A stretch of 64,000 bases of DNA from the human T2T-CHM13v2.0 reference genome, Homo sapiens. Below are positions 26,717-40,220 of the stretch, piece after piece. Position 1 is the first letter of the stretch. Each line of letters opens with the position of its first letter. Under the pieces are notes generated by a model, which had not been told where the DNA came from, did not search any database, and worked only from the letters and a program-made list of their open reading frames with translations. The position numbers were made by a program, and so were the translations under genes. The stretch lies in assembly GCF_009914755.1 (NCBI RefSeq), contig NC_060938.1; one strand, given 5' to 3'.

Positions 26717-27820
26717 ATGAGATCAAATATTTCATAGCCAAATCTTGATTCAAAACCTATTTACTAAGCATCTAACCATGTTCAAGGTCTAACCATGCTT
26801 ATTTACCTGATTCTTAATAGTTATCTTTCCATAAGCCAGAAGTTTAATCTATATTCAAATTCTGATTCTACTAGGTGCCTTAGGGCACATATTCCTTTCT
26901 TAGCTTCCTCTTTCTGTTTATTTTTTAAATTGGAATAATAAGCATTCCTTCTTACCTCACTAGACGTTAGGATTAAGTTAGGATAACACATGTAACATGC
27001 TTTAGAAATACAATTGGCATTAGGAAGTACTCTGATTTATTAGCTATTTTTATTACCTTCTTTTTTGAAGTGTCAAAGTTGTTTGATTTCTCCGATAGGT
27101 TCCTTTGTGTCTCGTGTAAGATATCATTCCTCCTTCTCTTTATTTATTAAAATTCTATTCTTTTTTCAGAACATAGTTTAAGTGCCTCCTTTCTGATATA
27201 TACTTCTCTGTGTACTTCAACTAGATATCTAATGGCATTGGACTGAAAATTATACTTAGCTTTTAATCAAATACTTCTTAGGAGTAGTGATGATGTTTTT
27301 AGTTATTTGATTTCATCTAATGTCTGGGTGCTCAGATGTCTTTCAGAAGTAGACTATTAGAATCAATAAAGTAACAAATTTCTTATGTGTCATGCACCCA
27401 TTTCATGGACTCCAGTTTTAAAAAGTTATAACCTTTAATCTTTATCACTCTCTCAACCAAAATGTCTCTCTGTTTTTACATGAAACTCATTGAATCTCCC
27501 TTAAATATAGGAATCCTTACCCTGGGTTTCAAGAGGCACAGAAAGCCTCTGAAACTATCTATAGACTTTTGAGTATGTAAACAACATGTATTTTCTTCAA
27601 GAGAAATGATGGACACACAGAATAGTAGGAATTATTTTAATGATTTATTGTTTTTATCTATGCCTTTAAAATAAATAGGGACAAAACTAAGAATATACAA
27701 TTTAATCAACACTGGATATTGTATCATATTATATAAATATATCCTATTTTTCTACACCATGCTTATGAAAGATCTACACTAAGTTAAATATATGAGATTT
27801 TTATGATTTTGTTATTTATT

Positions 27821-30427
27821 TATTTATTTATTTATTTTTTCACAAGGCAGAAGAATTTTTCTTAGTACAGAACAAAATGAAAAGTCTCCCATGTCTACCT
27901 CTTTCTACACAGACACGGCAACCATCCGATTTCTCAATCTTTTCCCCGCCTTTCCCCTCTTTCTATTCCACAAAACCGCCATTGTCATCATGGCCCGTTC
28001 TCAATGAGCTGTTGGGTACACCTCCCAGACGGGGTGGTGGCCGGGCAGAGGGGCTCCTCACTTCCCAGTAGGGGCAGCCGGGCAGAGGCGCCCCTCACCT
28101 CCGGGACGAGGCGGCTGGCCGGGCGGGGGGCTGACCCCCCACCTCCCTCCCGGACGGGGCGGCTGGCCGGGCAGGGGGCTGACCCGCCCCCCACCTCACT
28201 GCCGGACCGGGCGGCTGGCCGGGCGGGGGGGCTGACCCCCCCACCTCCCTCCTGGACGGGGCGGCTGGCCGGGCAGAGGGGCTCCTCACTTCCCAGTAGG
28301 GGCGGCCGGGCAGAGGCACCCCTCACCTCCCGGACGGGGCGGCTGGCCGGGCAGGGGGTGACCCCCCCCACCTCACTCCCGGATGGGGCGGCTGGCCGGG
28401 CAGGGGACTGACCCCCCCACCTCCCTCCCGGACGGGGCAGCTGGCCGGGCAGGGGGGCTGACCCCCCCACCTCCCTCCTGGATGGGGTGGCTGGCCGGGC
28501 AGAGGGGCTCCTCACTTCCCAGTAGGGGTGGCCGGGCAGAGGCACCCTTCACCTCCCGGACGGGGCGGCTGGCCGGGCGGGGGGTGACCCCCCCCACCTC
28601 ATTCCCGGATGGGGCAGATGGCCGGGCGGGGGGCTGAACCCCCTACCTCCCTCCCAGACAGGGCGGCTGGCCAGGTGGGGGACTGATCCCCCCACCTCCC
28701 TCCCGGATGGGGCGGCTGGCTGGGCGGGGGGCTGACCCCCCCACCTCCCTCCCGGACGGGGTGGCTGCCGGGCGGAGACGCTGCTCACTTCCCAGACGCG
28801 GTGGCTGCCGGGCAGAGAGGCTCCTCACTTCTCAGATGGGGCGGCTGGCTGGGCGGGGGGCTGACCCCCCCACCTCCCTCCTGGACGGGGTGGCTGGCCT
28901 GGCAGAGGGGCTCCTCACTTCCCAGTAGGGGCGGCCGGGCAGAGGCGCCCCTCACCTCCCAGACGGGGCGGCTGGCCGGGCGGGGGGCTGACCCCCCCAC
29001 CTCCCTCCCGGACGGGGCGGCTGGCCGGGCAGAGGGGCTCCTCACTTCCCAGTAGGGGCGGCCGGGCAGAGGCGTCCCTCACCTCCCGGACGGGGCGGCT
29101 GGCCGGGCGGGGGGCCGACCCCCCCACCTCCCTCCCAGATGGGGCGGCTGGCCGGGCGGGGGGCTGACCCCCCCACCTCCCTCCCGGACGGGGCGGCTGG
29201 CCGGGCAGAGGAGCTCCTCACTTCCCAGTAGGGGCGGCCGGGCAGAGGCGCCCCTCACCTCCCGGACGGGGTGGCTGGCCGGGCGGGGGGCTGACCCCTC
29301 CACCTCTCTCCAGGACGGGGCGGCTGGCCGGGCAGGGGGCTGACCCCCCCACCTCTCTCCAGGACGGGGCGGCTGGCCGGGCAGGGGGCTGACCCCCCCA
29401 CCTCCCTCCTGGACGGGGCGGTTGGCCAGGTGGGGGGCTGATCCCCCCACCTCCCTCCCGGATGGGACGGCTGGCTGGGCGGGGGGCTGACCCCCCTACC
29501 TCCCTCCCGGACGGGGTGGCTGCCGGGCGGAGACGCTCCTCACTTCCCAGACGGGGTGGCTGCCGGGCGGAGAGGCTCCTCACTTCTCAGAGGGGGCGGC
29601 TGCCGGGAGGAGGGGCTCCTCACTTCTCAGACGGGGCGGTTGCCGGGCGGAGGGTCTCCTCGCTTCTCAGACGGAACGGCCGGGCAGAGACGCTCCTCAC
29701 CTCCCAGACGGGGTCGCGGCCGGGTAGAGGCGCTCCTCACATCCCAGACGGGGCGGCAGGGCAAAGTCGCTCCCCACATCTCAGACGATGGGCGGCCGGG
29801 CAGAGACGCTCCTCACTTCCTAGATGGGATGGCGGCCAGGAAGAGGCGCTCCTCACTTCCTAGATGGGATGGCGGCGGGGCAGAGACGCTCCTCACTTTC
29901 CAGACTGGGCAGCCAGGCAGAGGGGCTCCTCACGTCCCAGACGATGGGCAGCCAGGCAGAGACGCTCCTCACTTCCCAGACGGGGTGGCGGCCAGGCAGA
30001 GGCTGCAATCTCGGCACTTTGGGAGGCCAAGGCAGGCGGGTGGGAGGTGGAGGTTGTAGCCAGCCGAGATCACGCCACTGTGCTCCAGTCTGGGCACCAT
30101 TGAGCACTGAGTGAACCAGACTCCGTCTGCAATCCCGGCACCTCGGGAGGCCGAGGCTGGCGGATCACTCGCTGTTAGGAGCTGGAGACCAGCCCGGCCA
30201 ACACAGCGAAACCCCGTCTCCACCAAAAAATTACGAAAACCAGTCAGGCGTGGCGGCGCGCGCCTGCAATCGCAGGCACTCGGCAGGCTGAGGCAGGAGA
30301 ATCAGGCAGGGAGGTTGCAGTGAGCCGAGATGGCAGCAGTACAGTCCAGCTTCGGTTTGGCATCAGAGGGAGACCGTGGAAAGAGGGGACAGGGAGAGGG
30401 AGAGGGGAGAGGGGAGAGGGGAGAGGC
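27821..30427 (-). mobile_element. SVA retrotransposon (SVA_D-like) with truncated SINE-R
   Basis: Hexamer/heptamer head ~30381-30426, Alu-like region ~30000-30380, GC-rich VNTR ~28020-29990, short SINE-R 27841-28020; TSD gattttgttatttatt at 27805-27820 and 30428-30443. Confidence 0.97.
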
Positions 30428-30544
30428 GATTTTGTTATTTATTGTATTTATTGCATATGAGGGCCTAAATGAATAAGCCTTTATTTCCCTGCCCACATTT
30501 GACTAAATGAAATTTCTGCTTTACAAATATTAATGATGATCAGT

Positions 30545-33455
30545 TGGCTTCCAACATAATGTAATAATGAGCTTTGCAGAACTCTCTCCAGCAAAACAAT
30601 AATTTAACCAGTGAAAATTATAAAAATGATAATCACCTAAAGCCTGTGAAAATTACCTAAAGGGCATTCAGCAAACAGATAAACATTCATTTGAGAAAAT
30701 CTACAATAACTTTATAAAAACAGCGAGGGACTGCTTTGTTTATGACTTGCTTCGTTATTACCACCCCACCACCAGCAGCTCCATGATACAGATGGGTGTG
30801 AGCAACCAAGAAGGGAAAGCTCCCTTTTCCCTACATCCAGTCTGGGGCTATGGTTTCACCCTGGGAGGGGCAGGCTGATAGTGTCTCTCATCACCCTCTT
30901 GCCAAATGTTGCAGAAGCCATATTTCAGCAAATGCCCCTTCAATGACTGTATCTTCTTTTTGCATGTAGTCTCTTGAATTCCCCTCTCTCAACCTTCTAC
31001 AGCAGAAGTTCCACATTTCTGAAGAAGCAAGCTGAGAAGACCAGGGGCTACTTCCCCTTGTGGTGCTCACTGCTAGTGCCCACTCTGCGGATCAAGAGTA
31101 TTACCTTGAGAAAAGCAGCAGTGGCCTATATGGCTCTGCCTAGAAAAAAAAGGCAGACCTTAAGCTCAGAAGCCACTGTTGAAGGATTTGACTTTGCAAA
31201 AGAGAGTGGAGAACTCCTTACCTAAGAGTGTGTCAAGAACAGTGGGCATCTTGGTTGAGAGAAACTAAGAGGAGGCTGGAAGCTTTGATAATGAACAAAA
31301 TGTCAAAGAAACAAAAAATTCAATGGTGGTGAGAACCAGGGAAACAGACAACTAAGAAGAACCCTCCTAGGTTTTCAGTCAACTCTCGGGGTCTGGAGAA
31401 TGTTGTTCATATGTTCTAGGCAGCATCCACTTAAGAGCAATTAGAGAAAGATGTGGAACAGACTCGAAAGCATCCACCAACCTGCACAAAAGACCTATAA
31501 ATATGGGGCAAAAAGTCTTCCTGACTCAAGGGTTTAAAACCACTGATCATGCATTATTGTACAAATAGGCTATTCTGCCCCAAGGGTGACTCCTGAGAAG
31601 CTAGTCTTTAAAATATCATCACAGACATCCCTGTGGATGTGGAAGACTGTGCATTCTCAAGCTGTACCTTCTTGGAAGCAATGAGAGAGGGATGAAATAT
31701 GCTACACATTTTGAGATCCTCACCAAATGTGGGACCAGAAAATGAAAACTTTCTGATATGTGCTATCAGCCTGCACAACACACATGCATCCAGAGACAAA
31801 AGGTAAAAATATAACTGGTAATTAAACATAAGTTTTGACCAGTAAGTGGCTTATGCCAATCCAGGAACACATCCTAGGTAGCAGAGCAAAAAAAGTAAAA
31901 ACAAGGAGAAAGGGGGGAAAAACAAGGGGAAAAAAAATCTAGCAGAGATATGAGAGGCTAAACATAGTTAAGGAAATAGACTTTGAGAATTAGTTCAGTC
32001 AAGTAACTAAACAAATAAACAAAATGGCCAAGTAGACAACAGCTACCACCTGCAGGGGATGAATAACGAGAGTCACTACAATCTATTAGCAAAATATCAA
32101 GTTTTAAAGAAAGACAATTATAAAGCATTCAAAGGAACAGGAAGAATCTAACACACACACACACATACACACACATCAGGCAGTAGAAACTTCCTCTGAA
32201 GGTGGAATTAGTAAATAAACATATCAAAGAAACTATTATAATTATATTTAAAGAACTAAGAAAAAACACGCTTTAAAAAATTACAGGATGGTATAATGGA
32301 AATGCCTCATAAAATACAGAATATTAATAAAGAGATGCAACTTGTTTGAAAGAATCAAATGGAAATTCTGAAGTTGAAATGTAATATAATTAAAACAAAA
32401 ACTTCACTAGAGGGCTTAACAGTAGATTAGAGTTTGTAGAAGAGAGAATCAGCAGACTTTGAGATAGATAATAGTTATGTGATCCAATGAACACAGATAA
32501 AATCAATAAAGAAAATTGAATAAGAAATGTGAAACACCATTAGACATACAATATATATATGTTGTGAGTATCAAAAGAAGAAGAGAGAGGGTAGGATAGG
32601 AAAATATTCAAACAATGGTTGAAACTTCTCACATTTGATTTTTAAAAAATCAGTCTACAAACTCAGGAAGTACAATTAACCCTAAGTATGATAAATTCAC
32701 AAAAGACCAAATGGCAATATAAACGCAACTATATTGATAATAAATTTAAATGTGAATGAATTAAGCAATCTAATGAAAATATTGTCAGAGATTGTCATGA
32801 TAATTTAAAAAGAAAACTTAAAAATTCAACTAAACACTGTCTATAAGAGACACATTTCAAATTAGGTGAAAAGAGAAAGGATGGAAAAGCTATATCATGC
32901 AAACAACAACTAAAAAAGAGCTAGAGTGGATATACTAATATGTGACAAAATACACTTAAGAATGTTATTAGAAATACTGAGGGACTTTTTATAATGTTAA
33001 AAAGATCACTCTACCTGGAAGATACATGCATACATACATACATACATACATATACATATACATATATATATATTCCGTATATGTATATGCCATATATATG
33101 AAAATATTCAAATAATGGTTGAAAACCTCTCAAATTTGATTAAAATATATATACATCTAACAACAGAGGCCCAAATTTATGAAGCAAAAACTAATAGAAT
33201 TGCAGGGAGAAATAGACAATTCAGCAATAATAGTTGGGGATTTCAATACCCCATTTTCAATAATGGATATAACAATAAAAGATCAACAAAGGAATAAAGA
33301 CTTGAATGATATCATTTGCCCACTACACCTAACAGACATTTATAGAACATGCCACGCAACAATGAAAGAATATAAGTTCTTCTAAAGTGCATATTAACAA
33401 TTCCCAGTATATATAACATCTTAGGTGGATAAACTAGTCTCAATAAATTTAAAAG
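30545..33455 (+). mobile_element. Old L1M element: 5'UTR, partial ORF1 and ORF2 endonuclease region
   Basis: ORF 33179-33385 (KQKLIELQGEIDNSAIIVGDFNTPFS) is L1 EN-like; ORF1-like sequence at ~32200-32700. Confidence 0.8.
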
Positions 33456-36400
33456 AGGAAAGCGAGGCAGAGCAAGATGTCTGAATAGAAGCTTCCAAAA
33501 ATCATCCCTGACCCCTGTAAGAACACTAAATTGAGCTACTATCCACACAAGAAAGCACCTTCTAAAAACCAAAAATCATATGAGCAGTCATGGTACCAGG
33601 TTTTAACTTCATATTACTGAAAGAGTCATTGGAAAGGGTAAGAAAGACAGTCTTGAATCACCTACACACACCTCCCCCATCTTCTTGCAACAGTCTCACG
33701 GCACAGAGAAAGAATCTGTGACCTTGGCGTAGGTAGAGTATGGTGATTATGAGACTTTGCATTGGAACTCAGTGCTTCTCCGTCACAGCAGGATGCAACA
33801 CCAGGCAGAACTCAGCTGGTGTCCATGGAGTGAGTATTTACACCAGCTCTAGCCAGAGGGGAATCATCAATCCCAGGGGTTGGAACCTGAGTTCTGGCAA
33901 GCCCCACCACTGTGGACTAAAGTACTCTTGGGTTCTAAATAAACTTGAAAGGCAGTCTAGGCCACAAGGACTGCAATTCCTGGGCAATTTCTGGAGCTGT
34001 GCTGGGCTCAAAGCCAATGGACTTAGCAGCCATGCGACGCAGTGAAACACAAGCCAGGGTGGCTAAGGGAGTTAATATGACACCACTTTCCTAACACCAG
34101 GCAGCACAGCTAGCAGCTCTGTGAGAGACTCCTTCATTCTGCTTGAGGAGAAGTGAGGGAAGAGTAAAGAGGATTTGTCTTGAAACCTGTATACCGGCTA
34201 AGCCACAGTAAGATAAGGCATCAGGCAGAGTCCTGAGACCCCTATTCCAGACACTAGGTCTCAGATGACATTTCTAGACAAATCCTGAGCCAGAAGGGAA
34301 CATGTTGTCTTTGAAGGGAATGGCCCAGTACTGGCAAAATTCATCACCTGCTGACTAAAGAGCCCTTAGGCCCTGAATAATAAGCAGTGGTACCCAGGTA
34401 GTGCTTGTTACGGCCTTCTGTGAGATTCAAGGATGTGCTAGCTTCAGGTGTGACCCAGCACATTCCCAGCGGTGGTAGCTATGGAAAGGGACACTTCTGT
34501 TTGAGAAAAAGGAAAGGACGAGTAAAGGGGAGTTTTTCTTACTGCTTAGGTACCAGCTCGGCACCAATGGAGTAGAGAATCAAGCAGGCACTTGGAGTCC
34601 TTGATTCCAGGCCTTGGGTCTTGGATGGCATTTTTGGACCTTCCCTGGGACAGAGGGGAGACCACTCCCCTGAAGGGAAAGTCCCAGGTTTGGCAGCATT
34701 CACCAAAATCTAGCTAAAGAGCACTTGGTCCTTGAACTAACATCATCAGTAGCCAGGCAGTAGTGGCTGAGGGCCTGGAGTGGTGGCGGCCATGAGGAGA
34801 GACCCCACTGCTTGTGGACAGGGGAGGGAAGAGTTGGAAGGACTTCACTCTTGTGGCTTGGGTGCCAGATCAGCCTCAGTAGAATAGAACAATAGGTAGA
34901 TCCCTAAGGTTTACAACTCCAGGCTCTGGATTCTGGACAACATCTCTGGACCTGCCTGGGACCAAAGGGAACTTGCCACCCTGAATGGAAGAACACAAGA
35001 GCAGATGGCTTTCCCACTTGCTGATTGTAGAGACCTATGGCCTTGAACAAACATAGGCGGTAGCCACGCATTGGTTACTCTAGCCTTTGGCCCAGACCCA
35101 GTGTTGTTATGGCTTCAGGTCTGACCCAGTGCATTCCTAATGGTGGTGGCCAGAGGGGTGCTTGTGTCACTCCTCCCTCAGCTCTGTGCAGCTTGAGACA
35201 CACAGAGAGAATGTGTTTGGGGGAAAGAAAGGGAAGACAACAAGAGTATCTTCCTGGTAATCAAGGGAATTCTTCCAGATCTTATCGGAGATGACCAAGG
35301 TGGTCCCTCTATGAGTTTTTAAGAGCCACAGCATTGCTGAGCTTCAGGTGCCCCCTAATGCAAATATAGCTGCAGTGACCAAAAGCTTGGATCACAACCT
35401 CCAAGTCTCTTTGAAAACCTGGAAAGCCATCCCAAGGACAGGTACAAGCAAGCCCAGACTGTGAAGACTATAATAAATACTTAACTCTTTAATTCCAGAA
35501 ACTGATGAAATCCAGATTATCCTGGAAAACGTGACCTCACCAAATGAACTAAATAAACCACCAGGGACCAATCCTGAAGAGACACAGATATGTGACCTTT
35601 CAGATAGAGAATTCAAACTAGCTGTTTCAAGGAAGCTCAACAAAATTTAAGTTAAAAAAAAGAAACAATTTAGAATCACATCAGACAAATTTAACAAAGA
35701 GATAGAAACAATTTAAAAGAATCAAGCAGAAATTCTGGAAATAAAAATGCAACTGACATAATGAAGAATGTGTCACAGTCTCTTAACAGCCAAATTGATC
35801 AAGTAGAAGAAGGGATTAGCGAGTTTGAATACAGGCTATTTGAAAATACACAATCAGATGAGAGGAAAGAAAAATAATTAAAAAAATGAAGCACACCTAT
35901 TAGAAAATAGCCTCAAAAGGGCAAATCCAAGAGTTATTGGCCTTAGAGAGGAGGTAAGAAAAGAATGTGAGTAGAAAGTTTATTCAAAGGGATAAATAAG
36001 GAGAAATTCCCAAACCTAGAGAAATATATCAATATTTAAGAACAAGCAGGTTATAGAACACCAAGTAGATTTAATTCAAATAAAGCCACCTTAAGACATT
36101 TAATAATTAAACTCCCAAAGATCAAGGATAAAGAAAAGATTTTAAAAATAACAAGAGAAAAGAAACAATTAACATAAAATGTAGCTCCACTACCTCTGAC
36201 AGCAGACTTCTCAGTGGATACCTTATAGGCCAGGGGAGAGTGGCATGACATATTTAAAGTGCTGAAGGAAAACAAAACCAAACGGAACAAAAAATCATTT
36301 TATCCTATAATAGTATATCCAGCAATAATATCCATCAAATATAAGGGAGAAATAAAGACTTTCCCAGATGAACGAAAGCCAAGGGATTTCATAAATAACA

Positions 36401-36566
36401 AAAGGGTCCTACCAGAAATGCTAAAGGGAGTTCTTCAGACTGAAAGAAAAGGATGTTAATGAGCAATAAGAAATCATCTAAAGGTACAAGACTCACTAGT
36501 AAAAGTTAGTACACAGGATAACACAGAATATTATAACACTGTAACTGTGATATATAAACTACTCTT

Positions 36567-36902
36567 TTATTTTATTTTATTTTATTTATTTATTTATTTA
36601 TTTATTTATTTTTTTTTTTTGTGATGGAGTCTCACTCTGTCGCCCAGGCTGGAGTGCAGTGGCCCGATCTCTGCTCTCTGTAACCTCTGCCTCCCGGATT
36701 CAAGCAATTGTCCTGCCTCAGCCTCCTGAGTATCTGGGATTACAGGCGTGCGCCATCATGCCTGGAAATTTTTGTACTTTTAGTAGAGACAGGGTTTCAC
36801 CATATTGTCCGGGCTGGTCTAGAACTCCTGACCTCAAGTGATCCGCCTGCCTTGGCCTCCCAAAATGCTGGGATTACAGGTATGAGCCACCACACCCAGC
36901 CT
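36567..36902 (-). mobile_element. AluSx-like with (TTTA)n tail
   Basis: Full Alu; TSD-like taaMctactctt on both sides. Confidence 0.92.
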
Positions 36903-36960
36903 AACCTACTCTTATCATAAGTAAAAAGACTAACCAATGAACCAATAAAAAATAATGACA

Positions 36961-37053
36961 AGGAGGTTGCAGTGAGTTAAGATCGTGGCACTACACTCCA
37001 GTCTGGGCAACAGAGCAAGACTTCATCTTAAAATAATAATAATAATAATAATA
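36961..37053 (+). mobile_element. Severely 5'-truncated Alu (~70 bp) with (AAT)n tail
   Basis: ggaggttgcagtgag...gcaagacttcatct; flanks aataatgaca / aattatgaca. Confidence 0.85.
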
Positions 37054-39050
37054 ATTATGACAACAACGACTTGTCAAGACATAGACAGTATAATAAGATA
37101 CAAACAAACAACAAAACATTAAAAAGTGGGAGGACAAAGTTAAAGTTTAGAGTTTTTATTAGTTATCTGTTTACTTATTAGTTAATTTTTTTATGGAAAA
37201 AACTAGAAAAACAAAAGCAAAGCAAAGCCAAAATTAGTAGAAAAATGAAATAATAAAGATCAGAGCAGAAATAAATGAAATTGAAATGAAAGTAACTAAT
37301 ACAAAATATGAAGTTATTTTTTTGAAAAGACAAACAATTGACAAATATTTAGCTCGACTGCATAAGAAAAAAAGATAAGACCCAAATAAATGATATCATA
37401 GATGAAGAGGAAGGCATAACTGTAACGAAAATTCAGAGGATTATTAGAGCAACTATATGCCAATAAATTGGAATCTGGAAGAAATGGATACATTCCTAGA
37501 AACATACAGTCTACCAAGGTTCTTCCTGGTTCTTCCTGAATGAGAAGTAATTAAAAACTTGAACAGAGCAGTAAGTAACAAGATTAAAGACATAATAAAA
37601 AAGTATCCTGGAAAAGAAATGCCAGGGACCAGATAATTTCACTAATCAATTTTCCCAGACATTTAAAGAAGACCTAATATTTATCCTACTCAAACTATTC
37701 CAAAGAATGGAGAGGGTGGAAATACTTCCAAACTCCTTCTGTGAGGCCAGTATTACCCTGATACCAAAACCAGACAGACACAGCAGTAAATAAATAAATT
37801 AATTAAATTAAACACAGGCCAGTGTTCCTACTGAACATTGATATGAAAATCCTCAACAACATTTTAGCAAATCAAATTCAACAATACATTAAAAACATTA
37901 TTCAGTAAGACCAAATGGGTCATCCCTGGGATGCAAGGATGGTTCAACTTTTGCACACCAATCAATGTGATACATCGTATCAATAGAATGAAGGAAAAAA
38001 TCCATATGATCATTTCAATTGATGCTGAGAGGGCTTTGATAAAATTAAACATCTCTTCATGATAAAATATCTCAAACAACTGAGTATAGAAGGAAGATAA
38101 TGCCACACAATAAAAGCTGGGTATGGCAGAGCAACAGCTAGTATCATACTGAGTGGGGGAAACTGTAAACATTTCTTCTAACATCTGGAATGAGACAAAG
38201 ATACCCACTTTCACTACTGTTATTCAACATAGTATGGGGTGTCCTATCTAGAGCAGATAAGAGGAAGATATAAAGGTCAGGAATAAGTCAAACTATCTTT
38301 GTTTGCAAATGATATGATCTTATATTTGGAAAAACCTAAAGATTCCACCAAAAACTATTAGAACTGATAAACAAGTTCAATAAAGTTTCAGGATACAAAA
38401 TCATATGAAAATCAGTAGCATTTCTATATGCCAATAGCAAACAATCTGAAAAAAAAATCACCAAAGTAACCTCATTTACAATAGGTACAAATGGCATAAA
38501 ATACTTAGGAGTAAACTTAACCAGAGAAGTGAAACACCTTTACAATTAAAACTATAAAACATTGATTAATGAAACTGAAGAAGATATACAAAAATAGAGA
38601 GATATTCTCTGCTCATAGATGTGAAGAATCAGTATTATTAAAATGTCCATACTGCCCAAGGTAATCTATAGATTCAGTGCAATCCCAATCAAAATACCAA
38701 TGTTATTCTTCACAGAAATAGAAAAAACAATCCCCAAAATTATGTGGAACCTCAGAAGACCCAGAATATCCAAAGCTGTCATGAACAGAAAGAATAAAAC
38801 TGGTGGAATCATATTACTTGACTTCAAATTATACTACACAGCTATAGTATCCCACACAACATAGTGCAGAGACATAAAGCAATGGAACAGAATAGAGAAT
38901 CCAGAAACAATTTCATACATCTACAGTGAACTATTTTCGACCAAGGTGCCAGGAACATACAATGAGGAAAGGACAGTCTTTTCAATAAATGTTGCCTGGA
39001 AACCTGGGTATCCGTATACAGAAAAGTGAAAGTAGACCCCTATCTCTTGC

Positions 39051-39423
39051 TGTATTATTCCATTTTCACACCGCTATAAAGAGCTGTAAAAGACTGGATA
39101 ATTTATAAAAGAAAGAGGTTTAACTGACACACAGTTCAGCATGGCTGGGAAGTCCTCAGGAAACTTACGATTATGGTGGACAGCAAAGGGGAAGTAAGGC
39201 GCCTTCTTTATAAGGCAGCAGGAAGGAGAATGAACACAGGAGGAACTACCAAACTCTTATACAACTGTCAGATCCTGTGAAACCTCACTATCACAAGACA
39301 GCATGTGGGAAACCACCGCCATAATTGAGTTACCTCCACGTGGTCTCTCCTTTAACATGTGGGGATTATGGGGATTACAATTCAAAATGAGATTTTGGGT
39401 GAGGACACAGCCAAACCATATCA
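39051..39423 (-). mobile_element. THE1D-like MaLR solo LTR
   Basis: tgtattattcc...cagccaaaccatatca with a perfect 5-bp TSD cttgc (39046-39050 / 39424-39428). Confidence 0.92.
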
Positions 39424-40220
39424 CTTGCCATACAGAAAAATCAAATAAAAATGGGTTAAAAACTTAAATTTAAAACGTAAAACAATGGAACTAGTAAAAT
39501 AAAACTGTAGGACATCGGAATGGGCAAAGGTATTTTGAGTAATACTCCACAAGCGCAGGCAACCAAAGGAAAAATTGTCAAGTGAGATCACAGTGAGTTA
39601 AAAACCTTCTGCACAGTGAAGGAAACAGTCAACAAAGTGAAGTGGTAATCCAGGGAATGTGAGAAAATGTTTGCAAACTATCCATCTGACAAGACATTAA
39701 TAACCAGAATATGTAAGAAGCCCAAAGGACTCTATAGGAAAATATCTAAAACCTGATTTAAAAATGGGCAAAAGTCCTGAATAAATATTTTTCAAAGAAA
39801 GACATACAAATAGCAAACTGGTATGTGAAAAGGTGCTAGGCATTATTAATCACTGGGGAAATGCAAATCAGAACTACAATGAGATACTATCTTGTGCAAG
39901 TTAAAATGCTTTTTATCCAAAAGGCAATAACAAATGTAGTGAGGATGTAGAGAGAAGGGAACCCTCCATATGCTGTTGTTGGGAAGGTAAATTAGCACAA
40001 GTCCTGGAGAACAGTATGGAGGTTCCCCAAAAAAACTAAAAATAGAACTACTATATTATCTGGCAATCTCATTGGTAGTTATATACACAAAAGAAAGGAA
40101 ATCAGTTTTTTTTGAAGAGATACCTGTACCCCCATATTTATTGAAGCGCTGTTCACAATAACCAAGATTTTAAAGAAACCCACATGCCTATTACCAGACA
40201 AACAGATAGAGAAAAATGTG

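Noticed and set aside
27877-30496. Many overlapping Pro/Gly/Arg-rich ORFs and an apparent CpG island
   Set aside because: Products of the stop-poor SVA VNTR and Alu-like region, not a gene or host promoter
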